DNA of 64,000 nt from the NCBI GenBank assembly GCA_950097015.1, contig CATNEN010000015.1, positions 1,984,001-2,048,000 of the forward strand, given 5' to 3'. A program made the position numbers and the translations under genes. Under the pieces are notes generated by a model. The model was not told where the DNA came from and ran no database searches. It saw nothing but the letters and a program-made list of their open reading frames with translations. Origin of the DNA: Macrostomum hystrix (taxonomy: Eukaryota; Animalia; Platyhelminthes). Positions 13,701-26,560 of this stretch are shown here, in pieces (positions within the stretch are counted from its first letter, which is position 1; each line of letters starts with the position of its first letter).

Positions 13701-14988
13701 GCATCGGTGAGCACACTTTGAGCAGTCTTTGATTTTTGCTTTTATCTACGATTTCTCCTCTTCTCCCTGCTCACACATCCCAAATGAAATCCCAGCGGAT
13801 TGCCTTCCGAAATGTGCCTCAATCGACCCGAAACCGGAATTATCGAAGCCAGCAGAAACCCGCCCTTGGGATTCAGTCAGACGGGTCTGCAACGGGATTT
13901 TTGCTTGTTGTCGAAATTTTTCCTAAATGCATTAAATTATAGCTATCCGATAAAAAAAGAATTTTGCGAGTCAAGATTGTGCCTTCTACTCAAATCCTAT
14001 CTCAATGGCGAGGATTGAGCTCATGTCCGACCAATTCTAGGATTGAAAATCATTTATGGTCGTCACTGGGAAGCTAGGTTAATGGTCCAGTTTGCGGTAG
14101 GTATTCTCACTGCCCGTGTTAACTAAGCATGAAATCTACCTACTTAAGAGTCGTTAGTCCCAGTTCGACCTTGGGACAAAGTGACAGGACAATTAGTATT
14201 TTACTAATTGATAATTGACTTGCAAAATTGATAATGAGTGCTCACATTATTGTATTTTTTGGGACTTTGTGACTCGGGACTTTGGGTAGTTAGCAGCCAG
14301 CGAGGAGGCAATTCTGCCCATCACACTGACTCCTGAGCACAGATCCTCATACAGGTGAGTACATCTGCCCTGACTTTCTCATTGTCAGGCAGTGTACACT
14401 CTCACTGTGCCTGAGGTGGCCCTCATAGCCGTAAATTGTACAACAAGTTCCCTGGACCTTCTCCACAGCTGCGCCCCAAATGAAAGTGAGTTCGAAGCTC
14501 GTGGACTCCGTGGACCCACTCCAACTTAACCCCAAAATCAATCGACCCGCTCCTAAACTTCCGCAGCTATTTATTCTGACAACCCCGCAGCCGCCTACCC
14601 GGCCGCCGCGGCCGCAGCCGCCGCCTACGCCGCTGCGCCGTTCATGTCGCTGACGCAGCAGGCTATGACGATGCCGGTGCAGCACAAGGACGGCTCCAAG
14701 GAGTTCATCCTGACTGGGCCGGATGGCTGCAACCTGTTCATCTACCACCTGCCGCAGGAGTTCGGCGACTGCGAGCTGGCGCAGATGTTCGCGCCATTCG
14801 GCACTGTGATCTCGGCGAAGGTGTACGTGGATCGCGCCACCAACCAGAGCAAGTGTTTCGGCTTCGTCAGCTTCGACAACTCTGGCGCAGCCGCCGCAGC
14901 CATTCAGGCGATGAACGGCTTTCAGATTGGCATGAAGCGGCTGAAGGTGCAGCTGAAGAGACCGAAGGGCGAGGGTCGGCCCTACTAA
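7743..14988 (+). CDS. CELF: CELF/Bruno-family RNA-binding protein (CELF3-6/bru-3/UNC-75 type), ~470 aa, two RRMs. Exons 7743-7965, 9643-9851, 12295-12450, 13133-13502, 13650-13706, 14591-14988
   Basis: [26 protein letters not shown]...[23 protein letters not shown] and C-terminal [21 protein letters not shown]...[10 protein letters not shown]...[18 protein letters not shown] are CELF signatures. All junctions are GT-AG with matching phases; 1413 nt total, divisible by 3. Exon 1 and the 13133 acceptor are less certain than the RRM exons. Confidence 0.9.
7990..8245. repeat. 14-bp tandem repeat (GAGTAGATGAGGGA)n in CELF intron 1
   Basis: Direct periodicity. Confidence 0.9.
9255..9590. repeat. 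CT-rich ~20-21-bp tandem repeat (CCCAGTCTCTCTCTTCTCTC)n upstream of CELF exon 2
   Basis: Direct periodicity; source of the E/R/G-rich minus-strand ORFs. Confidence 0.9.
9885..10476. repeat. 39-bp minisatellite, ~15 units, same family as 2951-4330 but inverted
   Basis: Unit GCTGGAATGGCAGGTACTGGGACACGGTTAGTTGTCACCTGT is the reverse complement of the 2951-4330 unit. Confidence 0.96.
11310..12235. repeat. 20-bp minisatellite (GGGGAACTGGGTGAGACTTT)n in CELF intron 2
   Basis: Direct periodicity, with variant units GAACTGTTTGAGACCTTGGG. Confidence 0.95.
12488..13038. repeat. 26-bp minisatellite (GAGACACAGTCAGGTAGAGTGACTTT)n in CELF intron 3
   Basis: Direct periodicity. Confidence 0.95.
14293..14490 (+). 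repeat. Copy 1 of a diverged ~200-bp direct repeat (copy 2 at 15531-15757)
   Basis: Shared blocks GCAGCCAG.GAG.AGGCA.TTCTGCCCAT...ACTCCTGAGCAC and ACATCTGCCCTGACTTTCTCAT.GTCAGGCAGTGTACACTCTCACTGTGCC. Confidence 0.85.
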
Positions 14989-15530
14989 ACTGGCTGAGCT
15001 GGTGTGAGAGTAAGTGGCCTTGCAAATTGTTTTTTTTAGTGGTAGTTGTAATTGACTGAGCCAGACTTTAGAATGGAAAGCCTTGCTGATGCCAGACCTC
15101 CAGGAGACACCAACTGCGTTTGTTCCAATCAAAGAGCGAATCCAAATCACTTATTAATGATCTGCAGAGTCAGCTCACTTGCATAATTCATGGATTATGT
15201 CAAAACACAATCGGAGCTGCCGCGGTGAATCTCTGTTTAGACTCAGTGCGGTTTTAATTGCCATCTCAGCAATGTTCTTTTATGATCAACTCACGGCTGC
15301 CAAAGACAGACTTATAAATAAGCTTCAGTCAAAATAGTATTTTCCCTTACTTGAAAATTTTCAATTGTTTTCCTTGCTTATTTTTACATAACTTGACAAT
15401 TTATCTGACCATAGTGTATTACGTGTTCTGTATGAGAAGTCGGATTACCACTGCTCTCATGCTTCCAATAATAATAATAATTGCAGGAGGGCTGTTGGCA
15501 ATGGCACACCATTTGGTGAACACTAGATCC

Positions 15531-15757
15531 GCAGCCAGTGAGAAGGCAGTTCTGCCCATTTCGCTTACTCCTGAGCACACTCGCACACCGATATTCCGTA
15601 CGCAGGCACAAACTCACACAGGTTGTACATCTGCCCTGACTTTCTCATCGTCAGGCAGTGTACACTCTCACTGTGCCTTGGAGGTTGGCCCTCGAGGGCG
15701 TAAATTACACAACAAGGCCCATTATTTTCGCGGCTGCACCCCAAAATGAATGTGGCC
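15531..15757 (+). repeat. Copy 2 of the diverged ~200-bp direct repeat, downstream of the CELF stop
   Basis: Aligns by eye with 14293-14490. Confidence 0.85.
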
Positions 15758-18700
15758 TCACTGCGGAATCGAGCTCAGGGACCTCGATGCGGACATAGAA
15801 GCAAGTGGCAGCAAAACTGACTCGTTACCCTCCACATTTTCTGCTGCATTTCAAAGGCCCTGGCCCGCACAGCCACCCCTCATGCAGCCACAGTGGTGCT
15901 ACCAAGAGTTGTATTAATCGATTTCTACCGTATTGACAAACTCCATCAGCGGTAATACACTCCGACCTGCAGCTCCTTTTCTCTATTATTTTTCTATTCT
16001 GGTCGTTGTAAGTCCAGATACGTGTGACTGTCTCTGGCTTGTCTGGGCTTCACCAGATCCTCAATGTGGGATCTCCACCAGCAGCAGCTGAGGCGAATCC
16101 TACCTTTGAGCAGCTCTCAAGGCTCGTAGTACACCCCTGCCTGCCTTGAATGAGTCGCTATTATCTTCTTGAACCCTGAGAATTTCAAAACTTTGAGACG
16201 TTCAACTCACGCACAGGCAGCCCTGAGTTCGAATCTGCGGGCTCGGGTTGAGCAGAGTTGTGATTTTGAAATTCGGGTCTCATGGCGTGAAGCGAAACGG
16301 TTCTGCCTCCCCTGTCATGAATCAAATTCATTGAATCGATGGTCGTTGCTGTTGATCGATGTTCTCGGGGTTACCAAAAAGGCCTCATTGAAGTCCCAGG
16401 CTTAGTCCGTCACAATGTCTGTGCGTACTTTTCATCCGAAGTGTTTTGAAGACATGGACAACATTTTTTCTGGCCCTTAGCTTCGTCAGTTTAATCATTG
16501 TGGAAAGTGTTTTCTTTGCATTTTGTTTCTTCGGAGTAAAATATTAACAAATGATTGTCCGTATTTTCAAATAATTTTGTCCATAAAGTGTCCAGATTTA
16601 CTCACGTTTCGTCGGCCGTTCGTGTTCAAAGTTGTGCTTTTATTATTTCTTCATTAAGAAGGTATCCTGCATATAGTAAAGGGGAAGGTTAAGCATAGAA
16701 ATAACTTAGACGTTGTACCTAGTACTAGCTAACCCATCTTGCATTTGTGTTTGCAGGTAAAAGTTTCGGCTTGCTTACAGTTTTAGTTACTCAAAGATGC
16801 AATACCAGAATTTTTGTTCTGTTTGACAAGAAAATGCTGTTAGAAGCCCTCTGGGAGTTTGAGAGGCCACTGCGTGAGTTAGTACCAGGTGGAAGACAAG
16901 AATATAAGACGAGGATCTCCTAAAGGCCTAGCTGAATATAAAATTTCACTTTTCCATTTTTTAAGAATCCTCAACTGCCGGAAAAATTCAACAAAGACGC
17001 AACGAACAAAGAGCCCGATCTGTTGGCCTGCGCAAGGATCACCTGAAGCGCATGTTTCTCTAATGATTATATTTTCGATTAGACAACCGGCAGAGGTTGC
17101 TCACACAGGCAGCCGGCTCACAATGCAAAGCTTATTTATATCCGCGCACTGACATTTTCTCAATCGAGATCCCATCTCTATCCGCTCTGTTTTTATTATC
17201 CCCAATTTTTGCATATTTTTCTGCTGAGTCTGCTCCGGCAGAGACCAATCAGTTTTGAATGGATATCCGTACCGTATGCAAAAGTGCTGGCGGACCAAAC
17301 CCTCTACCTGATACTCTGCTGTACCTGATGCAGTAGCTATTAAGCACGCATTCTTGCAATTCTCTCTCTCGTATTTATTCGGAATTCATGTCTATGTCTC
17401 GCTTCAGTTAAACAAAGGACCATCGTTTTTATCCCTATCGCTGATGCACTTTCTCCAGTGTTTTTTTCAGGATTTCGCTACTAGCTTTTACGTTCGATTG
17501 TAGTATCATATTAATCGATTGATAAAATTTAAGCAGACAGAAGAAATTAGTCTCAAATAATCGATACCGAATTCTTGGATGGGTCTTTGTTAGTGTACAA
17601 ATGCGTCTTTGTTAGTGTACAAATGCGTCTCGGCATTCTAATCGGAAACCCTTGCGAAGCGGTTGGCGCATATTTTTTCATAGCAATCCGCAAATTTCGC
17701 ACACAATTCTCTTCTTAACCTACTTACAAGCAGTAGTTGCACGAGGTTGCGGTTCATTTTCTTCGCGAGAACGCTTTTACTGCCGCTGTGTATTTTCTGC
17801 AACTTGTTTATCTACCGGCAGAATATTTATCCTCATTATTTGTTATTTGCCCTTTTTTCCGAGCGTTGCAATTTAAAATAGGAAAGCTTGCTTTGTATAT
17901 TTAGTTCAGGTTGAAGGACAAAATCTAACTTCCGATTGAAACCGCGTCCATTGAGACGCTTCTAGAGGGCGCATATTTGAAATCCATATTTTTCAACTTT
18001 CGGTGTCCAAAACTATGTTGTAGAATCGTGATTCCAGGAATGTTCGTTGTTCCAACTCTGTGTCGTGTGCGATTACTCACAGGAGGTACTCATGCAAGGT
18101 ACTCAATTGCTAGCTGTTGTTCAGATGACTAACGGGCGTATAGTTAATTCGTTCAGTATTAATATCAAATCTTTGAGTGGTTTTCGTGATTGTTGAGCAA
18201 CGAGCAGATCTTTGAGATCACCTCGCCATAATTCCAGCATGACGCTGTTTTTTCTCTGCAAGTTCACCTGTACTCAACCCTGTATGCCTAGATCGTACTC
18301 AGAGACCCATCTCATTTCATCTTGCTATTTATTTATTTATTTATTTGGCGTGTGTTTTCTGCTTAGCTATCTCACTAACTGCTAGCCTATTATCGCAACA
18401 CAAAAGTGAGTCCTGTTCTGTGTGAGCGGAAATCGCTGAAAGCAAAAAGATTTAGACTTCAAGAAGCTAATGTTTTCAAGCCAACTCAAATCAATATTTT
18501 TAGCTCACACAGAACAAGCGACTCTCAGTATCAGAAGGACCATCCATTCAAAGTTATGTTTTAATAACAGCAACATTGCCAACTTACTCTGTTTTCTGAG
18601 CAGTCGATAGCATTGCAGTTTGGTCTGGTTGAGGAAGACTTTCATTCCCTCTGTTCTAACATAACTCTCTCTTTCACTCTTTGTCTGGAGTTTCAGTGCA

Positions 18701-19439
18701 ATGCCTCTGTAGTTTTTCTGACCCCGCAGTTAACGCACGCAACAAAGTCATCTTTCTGCAACTGCTAACCTTGTCAATGCAACTCGGCACTGCGCTAATG
18801 CTACTTGCAGTAATAGCGATAGAAAATAAACTTCTTTCTTCGATATCCTTCGATTTTAAATGTCAAATGAAGCGCTTTTTAATCATCCCTTGAGCACTGA
18901 TTAGCAGTGAGACACATCGAAATCACCTGTCACCTGCTTCAGGCATCGGCTTGCAGTTTTTTCAGCAGATTAATTAACTACTCATTTTCCTGCTCGCTAA
19001 TCGATACCCATTGATTTGAGAACAAATATACAAGGCATAGCCCGCAATGCACTCATGCTTTACCACTGTTAGTGCATTGCTGCGATTAATTCAGATTTTA
19101 GCTCCTATATTTTGGGTTCGCCGGTAATCATCCCATTCAGGCTCGACTACATGAGCACATGACTCATACCATTTGGTATTTAAGTGGAACGCATCGAGAG
19201 TGAATTTTGACAACATTTTCAAGCGCATGATTTCGCAGTGTATAGACAATTGACAATTGTAGACAACTTGTGAAGGAACGGACGCATGTGTGCTCAGAGG
19301 AATAAAGTTTGAGTTGCTTTTGCTTTGCCTATAGATCGGAATGACTCATCACTTTCCGCTTTACAATTCAGCGACGCCAGGAGCCAAATTTCAAAGTGCT
19401 TCTCCGTAAACTTCAGGGTTTCTGGCCGAGGCTAGCAAA

Positions 19440-22400
19440 AACTAACTCTACCCAACTGAACTGCTCAGAAACTCAATTCTGTCTCCTCAGCAACTCAACA
19501 CTTCTCCTCAGCAACTCAATACTGTCTCCTCAGAAACTCAATTCTGTCTCCTCAGCAACTCAACACTGTCTCCTCAGCAACTCAACACTGTCTCCTCAGA
19601 AACTCAACACTGTCTCCTCAGCAACTCAACACTTCTCCTCAGCAACTCAACACTGTCTCCTCAGCAACTCAACACTTCTCCTCAGCAACTCAATTCTGTC
19701 TCCTCAGCAACTCAATACTGTCTCCTCAGCAACTCAATTCTGTCTCCTCAGCAACTCAACACTGTCTCCTCAGAAACTCAATTCTGTCTCCTCAGCAACT
19801 CAACACTGTCTCCTCAGAAACTCAACACTGTCTCCTCAGCAACTCAACACTGTCTCCTCAGAAACTCAATTCTGTCTCCTCAGCAACTCAACACTTCTCC
19901 TCAGAAACTCAATACTGTCTCCTCAGAAACTCAACACTCTCTCCTCAGGCACTCAACACAGTCTCCTCAGAAACTCAACACTGTCTCCTCAGCAACTCAA
20001 TTCTGTCTCCTCAGCAACTCAACACTGTCTCCTCAGCAACTCAATTCTGTCTCCTCAGCAACTCAACACTGTCTCCTCAGAAACTCAACACTGTCTCCTC
20101 AGCAACTCAACACTGTCTCCTCAGAAACTCAATTCTGTCTCCTCAGCAACTCAACACTTCTCCTCAGAAACTCAATACTGTCTCCTCAGAAACTCAACAC
20201 TATCTCCTCAGGCACTCAACACAGTCTCCTCAGAAACTCAACACTGTCTCCTCAGCAACTCAATTCTGTCTCCTCAGCAACTCAACACTGTCTCCTCAGC
20301 AACTCAATTCTGTCTCCTCAGCAACTCAACACTGTCTCCTCAGCAACTCAACACTGTCTCCTCAGCAACTCAATTCTGTCTCCTCAGCAACTCAACACTG
20401 TCTCCTCAGCAACTCAATTCTGTCTCCTCAGCAACTCAACACTTCTCCTCAGAAACTCAATACTGTCTCCTCAGAAACTCAATACTGTCTCCTCAGAAAC
20501 TCAATACTGTCTCCTCAGAAACTCAATACTGTCTCCTCAGAAACTCAATACTGTCTCCTCAGAAACTCAACACTATCTCCTCAGGCACTCAACACAGTCT
20601 CCTCAGCAACTCAATTCTGTCTCCTCAGCAACTCAACACTGTCTCCTCAGCAACTCAACACTGTCTCCTCAGAAACTCAATACTGTCTCCTCAGAAACTC
20701 AATACTGTCTCCTCAGAAACTCAATACTGTCTCCTCAGAAACTCAATACTGTCTCCTCAGAAACTCAATACTGTCTCCTCAGAAACTCAATACTGTCTCC
20801 TCAGAAACTCAATACTGTCTCCTCAGAAACTCAATACTGTCTCCTCAGAAACTCAACACTATCTCCTCAGGCACTCAACACAGTCTCCTCAGAAACTCAA
20901 CACTGTCTCCTCAGCAACTCAATTCTGTCTCCTCAGCAACTCAATTCTGTCTCCTCAGCAACTCAACACTGTCTCCTCAGAAACTCAATTCTGTCTCCTC
21001 AGCAACTCAACACTATCTCCTCAGGCACTCAACACTGTCTCCTCAGCAACTCAATTCTGTCTCCTCAGCAACTCAACACTGTCTCCTCAGCAACTCAATT
21101 CTGTCTCCTCAGCAACTCAACACTTCTCCTCAGAAACTCAATACTGTCTCCTCAGAAACTCAATACTGTCTCCTCAGAAACTCAATACTGTCTCCTCAGA
21201 AACTCAATACTGTCTCCTCAGAAACTCAATACTGTCTCCTCAGAAACTCAACACTATCTCCTCAGGCACTCAACACAGTCTCCTCAGAAACTCAACACTG
21301 TCTCCTCAGCAACTCAATTCTGTCTCCTCAGCAACTCAACACTGTCTCCTCAGCAACTCAACACTGTCTCCTCAGAAACTCAATACTGTCTCCTCAGAAA
21401 CTCAATACTGTCTCCTCAGAAACTCAATACTGTCTCCTCAGAAACTCAATACTGTCTCCTCAGAAACTCAATACTGTCTCCTCAGAAACTCAATACTGTC
21501 TCCTCAGAAACTCAATACTGTCTCCTCAGAAACTCAATACTGTCTCCTCAGAAACTCAACACTATCTCCTCAGGCACTCAACACAGTCTCCTCAGAAACT
21601 CAACACTGTCTCCTCAGCAACTCAATTCTGTCTCCTCAGCAACTCAATTCTGTCTCCTCAGCAACTCAACACTGTCTCCTCAGAAACTCAATTCTGTCTC
21701 CTCAGCAACTCAACACTATCTCCTCAGGCACTCAACACTGTCTCCTCAGCAACTCAATTCTGTCTCCTCAGCAACTCAACACTGTCTCCTCAGAAACTCA
21801 ATTCTGTCTGCTCAGAAACTCAATTCTGTCTCCTCAGCAACTCAACACTGTCTCCTCAGAAACTCAATTCTGTCTGCTCAGCAACTCAATTCTGTCTCCT
21901 CAGCAACTCAACACTGTCTCCTCAGCAACTCAATACTGTCTGCTCAGCAACTCAATACTGTCTCCTCAGCAACTCAATACTGTCTGCTCAGAAACTCAAT
22001 CAGAGTCTCCTCAGCAACTCAACACAGTCTCCTCAGCAACTCAATACTGTCTCCTCAGAAACTCAACACTGTCTCCTCAGCAACTCAATTCTGTCTCCTC
22101 AGCAACTCAACACTGTCTCCTCAGAAACTCAACACTGTCTCCTCAGCAACTCAATTCTGTCTCCTCAGCAACTCAACACTGTCTCCTCAGCAACTCAATA
22201 CTTCTCCTCAGCAACTCAATACTGTCTCCTCAGCAACTCAATACTGTCTGCTCAGAAACTCAATCAGAGTCTCCTCAGCAACTCAACACAGTCTCCTCAG
22301 CAACTCAATACTGTCTCCTCAGAAACTCAACACTGTCTCCTCAGCAACTCAACACTGTCTCCTCAGCAACTCAATACTGTCTCCTCAGAAACTCAACACT

Positions 22401-22965
22401 GTCTCCTCAGAAACTCAACACAGTCTCCTCAGCAACTCAATACTGTCTCCTCAGAAACTCAACACTGTCTCCTCAGCAACTCAATACTGTCTCCTCAGAA
22501 ACTCAACACTGTCTCCTCAGCAACTCAATACTGTCTCCTCAGCAACTCAACACTGTCTCCTCAGCAACTCAACACTGTCTCCTCAGAAACTCAATTCTGT
22601 CTCCTCAGCAACTCAACACTTCTCCTCAGCAACTCAATACTGTCTCCTCAGCAACTCAATACTGTCTGCTCAGCAACTCAACACTTCTCCTCAGCAACTC
22701 AATACTGTCTCCTCAGAAACTCAACACTGTCTCCTCAGCAACTCAACACTGTCTCCTCAGCAACTCAATACTGTCTCCTCAGAAACTCAACACTGTCTCC
22801 TCAGAAACTCAATCAGAGTCTCCTCAGCAACTCAACACTGTCTCCTCAGCAACTCAACACTATCTCCTCAGGCACTCAACACAGTCTCCTCAGAAACTCA
22901 ACACTATCTCCTCAGGCACTCAAACACAGCCTACTCAGAAACTCAAACGCAGCTTCCTCAGAAAC
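19440..22965. repeat. 22-bp minisatellite (CTCAACACTGTCTCCTCAGCAA)n, ~3.5 kb
   Basis: Direct periodicity. The unit is not a multiple of 3, so the 1205-aa ORF cycles through all three translations of the unit. Confidence 0.97.
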
Positions 22966-23597
22966 TCCCCATGCACTGTTTTGTTTCTAAATTGTCTCTC
23001 TTTGGCGCCATGAGATCTCAGCGCAAAACTGCTTCCAGGACAGGAGAATAAGGAGTAGAAGAAGTGGATTGAAACGGCCTTGCGTGTGAGCTCAGACACA
23101 GACGTATCTCCCACTCAAGTTCTCCTGCAGCTCCCAGCAATGTCTTCAATTAATCGACTTCTCAATAAGCCGCTACGCGGGTGCACGCATTTTCTGAGCA
23201 GGCAATGGAGAAGTGACCCCCCAGCAGGCTTGGAAGCAGCTATGACTCATCGGCCGATTTGTAGACAATGCTTCCATTCATTGGCGTAGAAATCAGCACA
23301 CGTGTGTCTCGTGGGGTAGCCAAGTCTACAGTCGCAAAGTTGGCAAAGCATTTATTCGGTTCGAAGCACAGATCACTAGCTTGTACCGAAATTTTAACAC
23401 TGACATTTCAGTCTGTGCAGTGGATTCCGCTAATTTGGTGATATCATCGAAAGCGTCTTTCGTCATAATTAGGTAAGGGTTGTAATGTGTATTCCCTAGC
23501 ATTACTTGATAAGGAAACGTGAGTACTTCTGCCAAAACCGTAAACAGTCTATTGTTCCGAGTTAACATTCGCCAAGAATAAAGATGATCGGTAAACT

Positions 23598-24440
23598 GAT
23601 ATTCTGGGAATTGATATTCTTGTAAAAATATTTTGAAATTGAGATTCTGGGAATTGAGATTCTAGGAATTGAGATTCTAGGAATTGATATTCTAGGAATT
23701 GATATTCTAGGAATTGAGATTCTAGGAATTGAGATTCTAGGAATTGAGATTCTAGGAATTGAGATTCTAGGAATTGATATTCTAGGAATTGATATTCTAG
23801 GAATTGAGATTCTAGGAATTGAGATTCTAGGAATTGACATTCTAGGAATTGAGATTCTAGGAATTGAGATTCTAGGAATTGAGATTCTAGGAATTGAGAA
23901 TCTAGGAATTGAGATTCTAGGAATTGAGATTCTAGGAATTGAGATTCTAGGAATTGAGATTCTAGGAATTGAGATTCTAGGAATTGCGATTCTAGGAATT
24001 GAGATTCTAGGAATTGAGATTCTAGGAATTGAGATTCTAGGAATTGAGATTCTAGGAATTGAGATTCTTAGAAATAAGATTCTCGGAGTTGTGATTCTTG
24101 GAATTGAGATTCTTGGAATAGATTCTTGGAATTGAGATTCTTGGAAATGAGATTCTTGCAAATGAGATTCTAGGAATTGAGATTCTAGGAATTGAGATTC
24201 TTAAAATTGAGATTCTTAGAAATAACATTCTCGGAGTTGTGATTCTTGGAATTGAGATTCTTATAATAGATTCTTGGAAAAGATTCTTGGAAATGAGATT
24301 CTTGGAACTGAGATTCTTGGAATTGAGATTCTTGGAATTGAGATTCTTAGAAAAAAAGATTCACGGAGTCGTGATTCTTGGAATTGAGATTCTTGGTATT
24401 GAGATTCTTAGAACTGAGATTCTTGAAGTTAAGATTCCTT
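23598..24440. repeat. 15-bp minisatellite (GAGATTCTAGGAATT)n
   Basis: Direct periodicity, degenerating at both ends. Confidence 0.95.
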
Positions 24441-24586
24441 GTGAAAATTGTATAGTAGCTCAGTCTAGAATCTATGAAGATCTATACTGAAAGTTGACAG
24501 TTCTCAATATACTCTACTACCAGTAGCTCAGAGACGATTACGAGCTATGTTCTTTTTAAACTTCCATTTTAACAATAATAGGTTGT

Positions 24587-24762
24587 GGTGGCTTCACAAG
24601 ACAGAAATTTCACAACGCCGAAACACATTTTTTCATAAGACCGAAATTTCATTTGACCGAAACTTCACAACGCCGAAAATTCTTGTGAAGGGGTCTGCAT
24701 TTTTACTTTTCGGCGTTGTGAATTTTCGGTCTTATGAAGTTTCGGTCTTGTGAAAGCCAGCC
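24587..24762. mobile_element. 176-bp MITE/foldback-like element with inverted, internally repetitive arms and a candidate 5-bp TSD (GTTGT)
   Basis: Left GGTGGCTTCACAAGACAGAAATTTCACAACGCCGAAA versus reverse-complemented right GGCTGGCTTTCACAAGACCGAAACTTCATAAGACCGAAAATTCACAACGCCGAAAA. GTTGT at 24582-24586 and 24763-24767. Confidence 0.72.
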
Positions 24763-26404
24763 GTTGTGAGCTTTTAAAATAGTCGAAGTAATAATTTCAT
24801 GTAAGTGAGAATTAATGAAAATATTAATTGCATCAACTGGTTACACGTGACGCCAATATTTTTTGCCGTGTTTTCTTGACGCCATCACAAAAATGCTATT
24901 TTAAAGCAATTAGGCAGTGCAAAAAAACTATTTAAAAAATAGTAAAATCTAACAAAAATGCATAACTTGTAAATAATAGCAGCCATCTGCACCTGAAGTC
25001 ATTTCTGAGTCAGTTTTATTTTATTAGATTTTCTGCCTTTATCAGTTAAACAGATCTTTAAGACAGGTTCAGCTCATTCTGGAAGAATTCACATGTTTTC
25101 GTAGTCCTCAGATGACGATGACCATGATCTTATGACATTTCTCTGTGTACAATCAAATCTCTAGCTAGCTGAATTTACACAGATTTTAGGATATGATTTG
25201 ACTCACTTCAACTTTATCACAAATGTCAGCTTATCTTAGTTAGCATTTTTAAGCTCAAACACAGATAAGCTTTTTACTGGTGAAGTTTACTTTTTCTGGG
25301 GTACAGTAGAACTGTGGAATGAAAAAGCCCCCGTTAAAAAAGGCAGGTCTTTGTTCAAGACTTCCTAATAGATCGCTATGATATTTAAGCTGACCTTAAT
25401 ATGAATATCTCGGGCTGTGAAATTGCGTGGTTTAGCTTAGCTTTTCAAGCGACCCTCCCGCATTAAACAGCGGGGTCTCTGCGCTGTTCATTTTCATCGT
25501 TAAATCGGAACGAGGGGCGCCTCTGGCTATCGTTATAATGGGGTGGTGGGCCTGGAAGGGGGTCGGCGGATGAACTGGCCGTGCCGGGCCAGTTCAGACT
25601 TCAAACACCAATCGGATAAACTTGGGCTCCACCGGAGTGGGGTGGGCGGCGCGAAGGAGGTTTTGTGAGGGCAGACAGGCCTTGGAGAGTCTGTAAGGAT
25701 CCAGTTCACGCAGTAATAATATAAATAGTGGAAGCATACTATACGTACAGACAAGTCCAAATGTTATAATGTGCGCACGCTAACCACCCCCATCACGCGG
25801 ACAGGGCCACCAAACGATAAACACGAGGAGGCGCGCTGACGCTAACATATTAGAAAGGTTGAGAAATTCATGTCGATGCGAACTTTTTTATACATTTGGC
25901 AATTCTACATGTGAGCCAAATACAGGCTTCTATATTTTAGCTAGATTTTGTTTCTAAGCTAGCCATCTGTTTCTACAATACAACATTGCAGAGCCTTGGT
26001 CTAGACTGTAGAGCCATCCACTCACCTTGATTTGATTCTTCCCATTTTCCTCTCCAGTTTGCTGAAGTGTCTGTCTTACTTAAGAATCTGCTTTCCTCTT
26101 TGCCCTCGAAGAGCAGAACAGGAATTGAGGATTTTTAGCGATTGAAGTCTACTTTAAAGTGATTAATCCTTGGAAGCAAGGAAGAGCCAAGCAAACAGGA
26201 TCGTTACTTCGGTCCACCACATAGACGCTATGCTTTTATCTTGAAAGGAGAGCAGTAGTAACGCATTAAAAGCGCATACAGGACCTGAAGGATGGCCCAT
26301 TCAATTTGTTGCCAGCTCAATCAGCTAGAAGCTGCAGCACAGTTGCTATCCGTCTGCTTTTCAGTTTTGTCAGCGAAAGCAAGCAGAAAGTTAAATTTGT
26401 CGCC

Positions 26405-26560
26405 ATGCAGAGCTACAGCCCGAGCTTACTGAACTATTCGGCCTTTCCCGCCACTGCTGGTACAAACTCCGCGTCTTATTACCATAGACTATACGCTGAC
26501 TTCCTGTTCAATTCGATGACTTCTGTGCGTCGAACTGCGGCGGCCACTGCGGGGACGCAG
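26405..26560 (+). CDS. Putative first coding exon (MQSYSPSLLNYSAF...AAATAGTQ, 52 codons), possibly the distal exon 1 of the GAS2-like gene
   Basis: GCCATGC start context, open 156 nt, canonical CAG|GTGAGT donor in phase 0. CCAAT and GC-box-like motifs upstream at ~25600-25650. No domain recognised. Confidence 0.45.

Noticed and set aside
14387-14410. Iron-responsive element suggested by CAGTGT
   Set aside because: The flanking bases do not form the required 5-bp upper stem with a C bulge.
14347-15150. Long antisense ORFs over the CELF, GAS2-like and Ngaro coding regions
   Set aside because: Expected shadows of GC-rich sense-strand coding sequence; no independent domain.
17860-18900. Possible decayed coding remnants on the minus strand
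   Set aside because: Short open stretches with no motif I could identify; would need blastx.
19284-19300. 17-bp exact match GCATGTGTGCTCAGAGG also at ~52069
   Set aside because: An isolated 17-mer match is within chance for 64 kb of biased sequence, and the flanks do not align.
19396-23013. 1205-aa ORF
   Set aside because: It is the 22-bp minisatellite. The strand simply lacks stop triplets, the peptide cycles through all three frames of the unit, and there is no ATG start or splice context.
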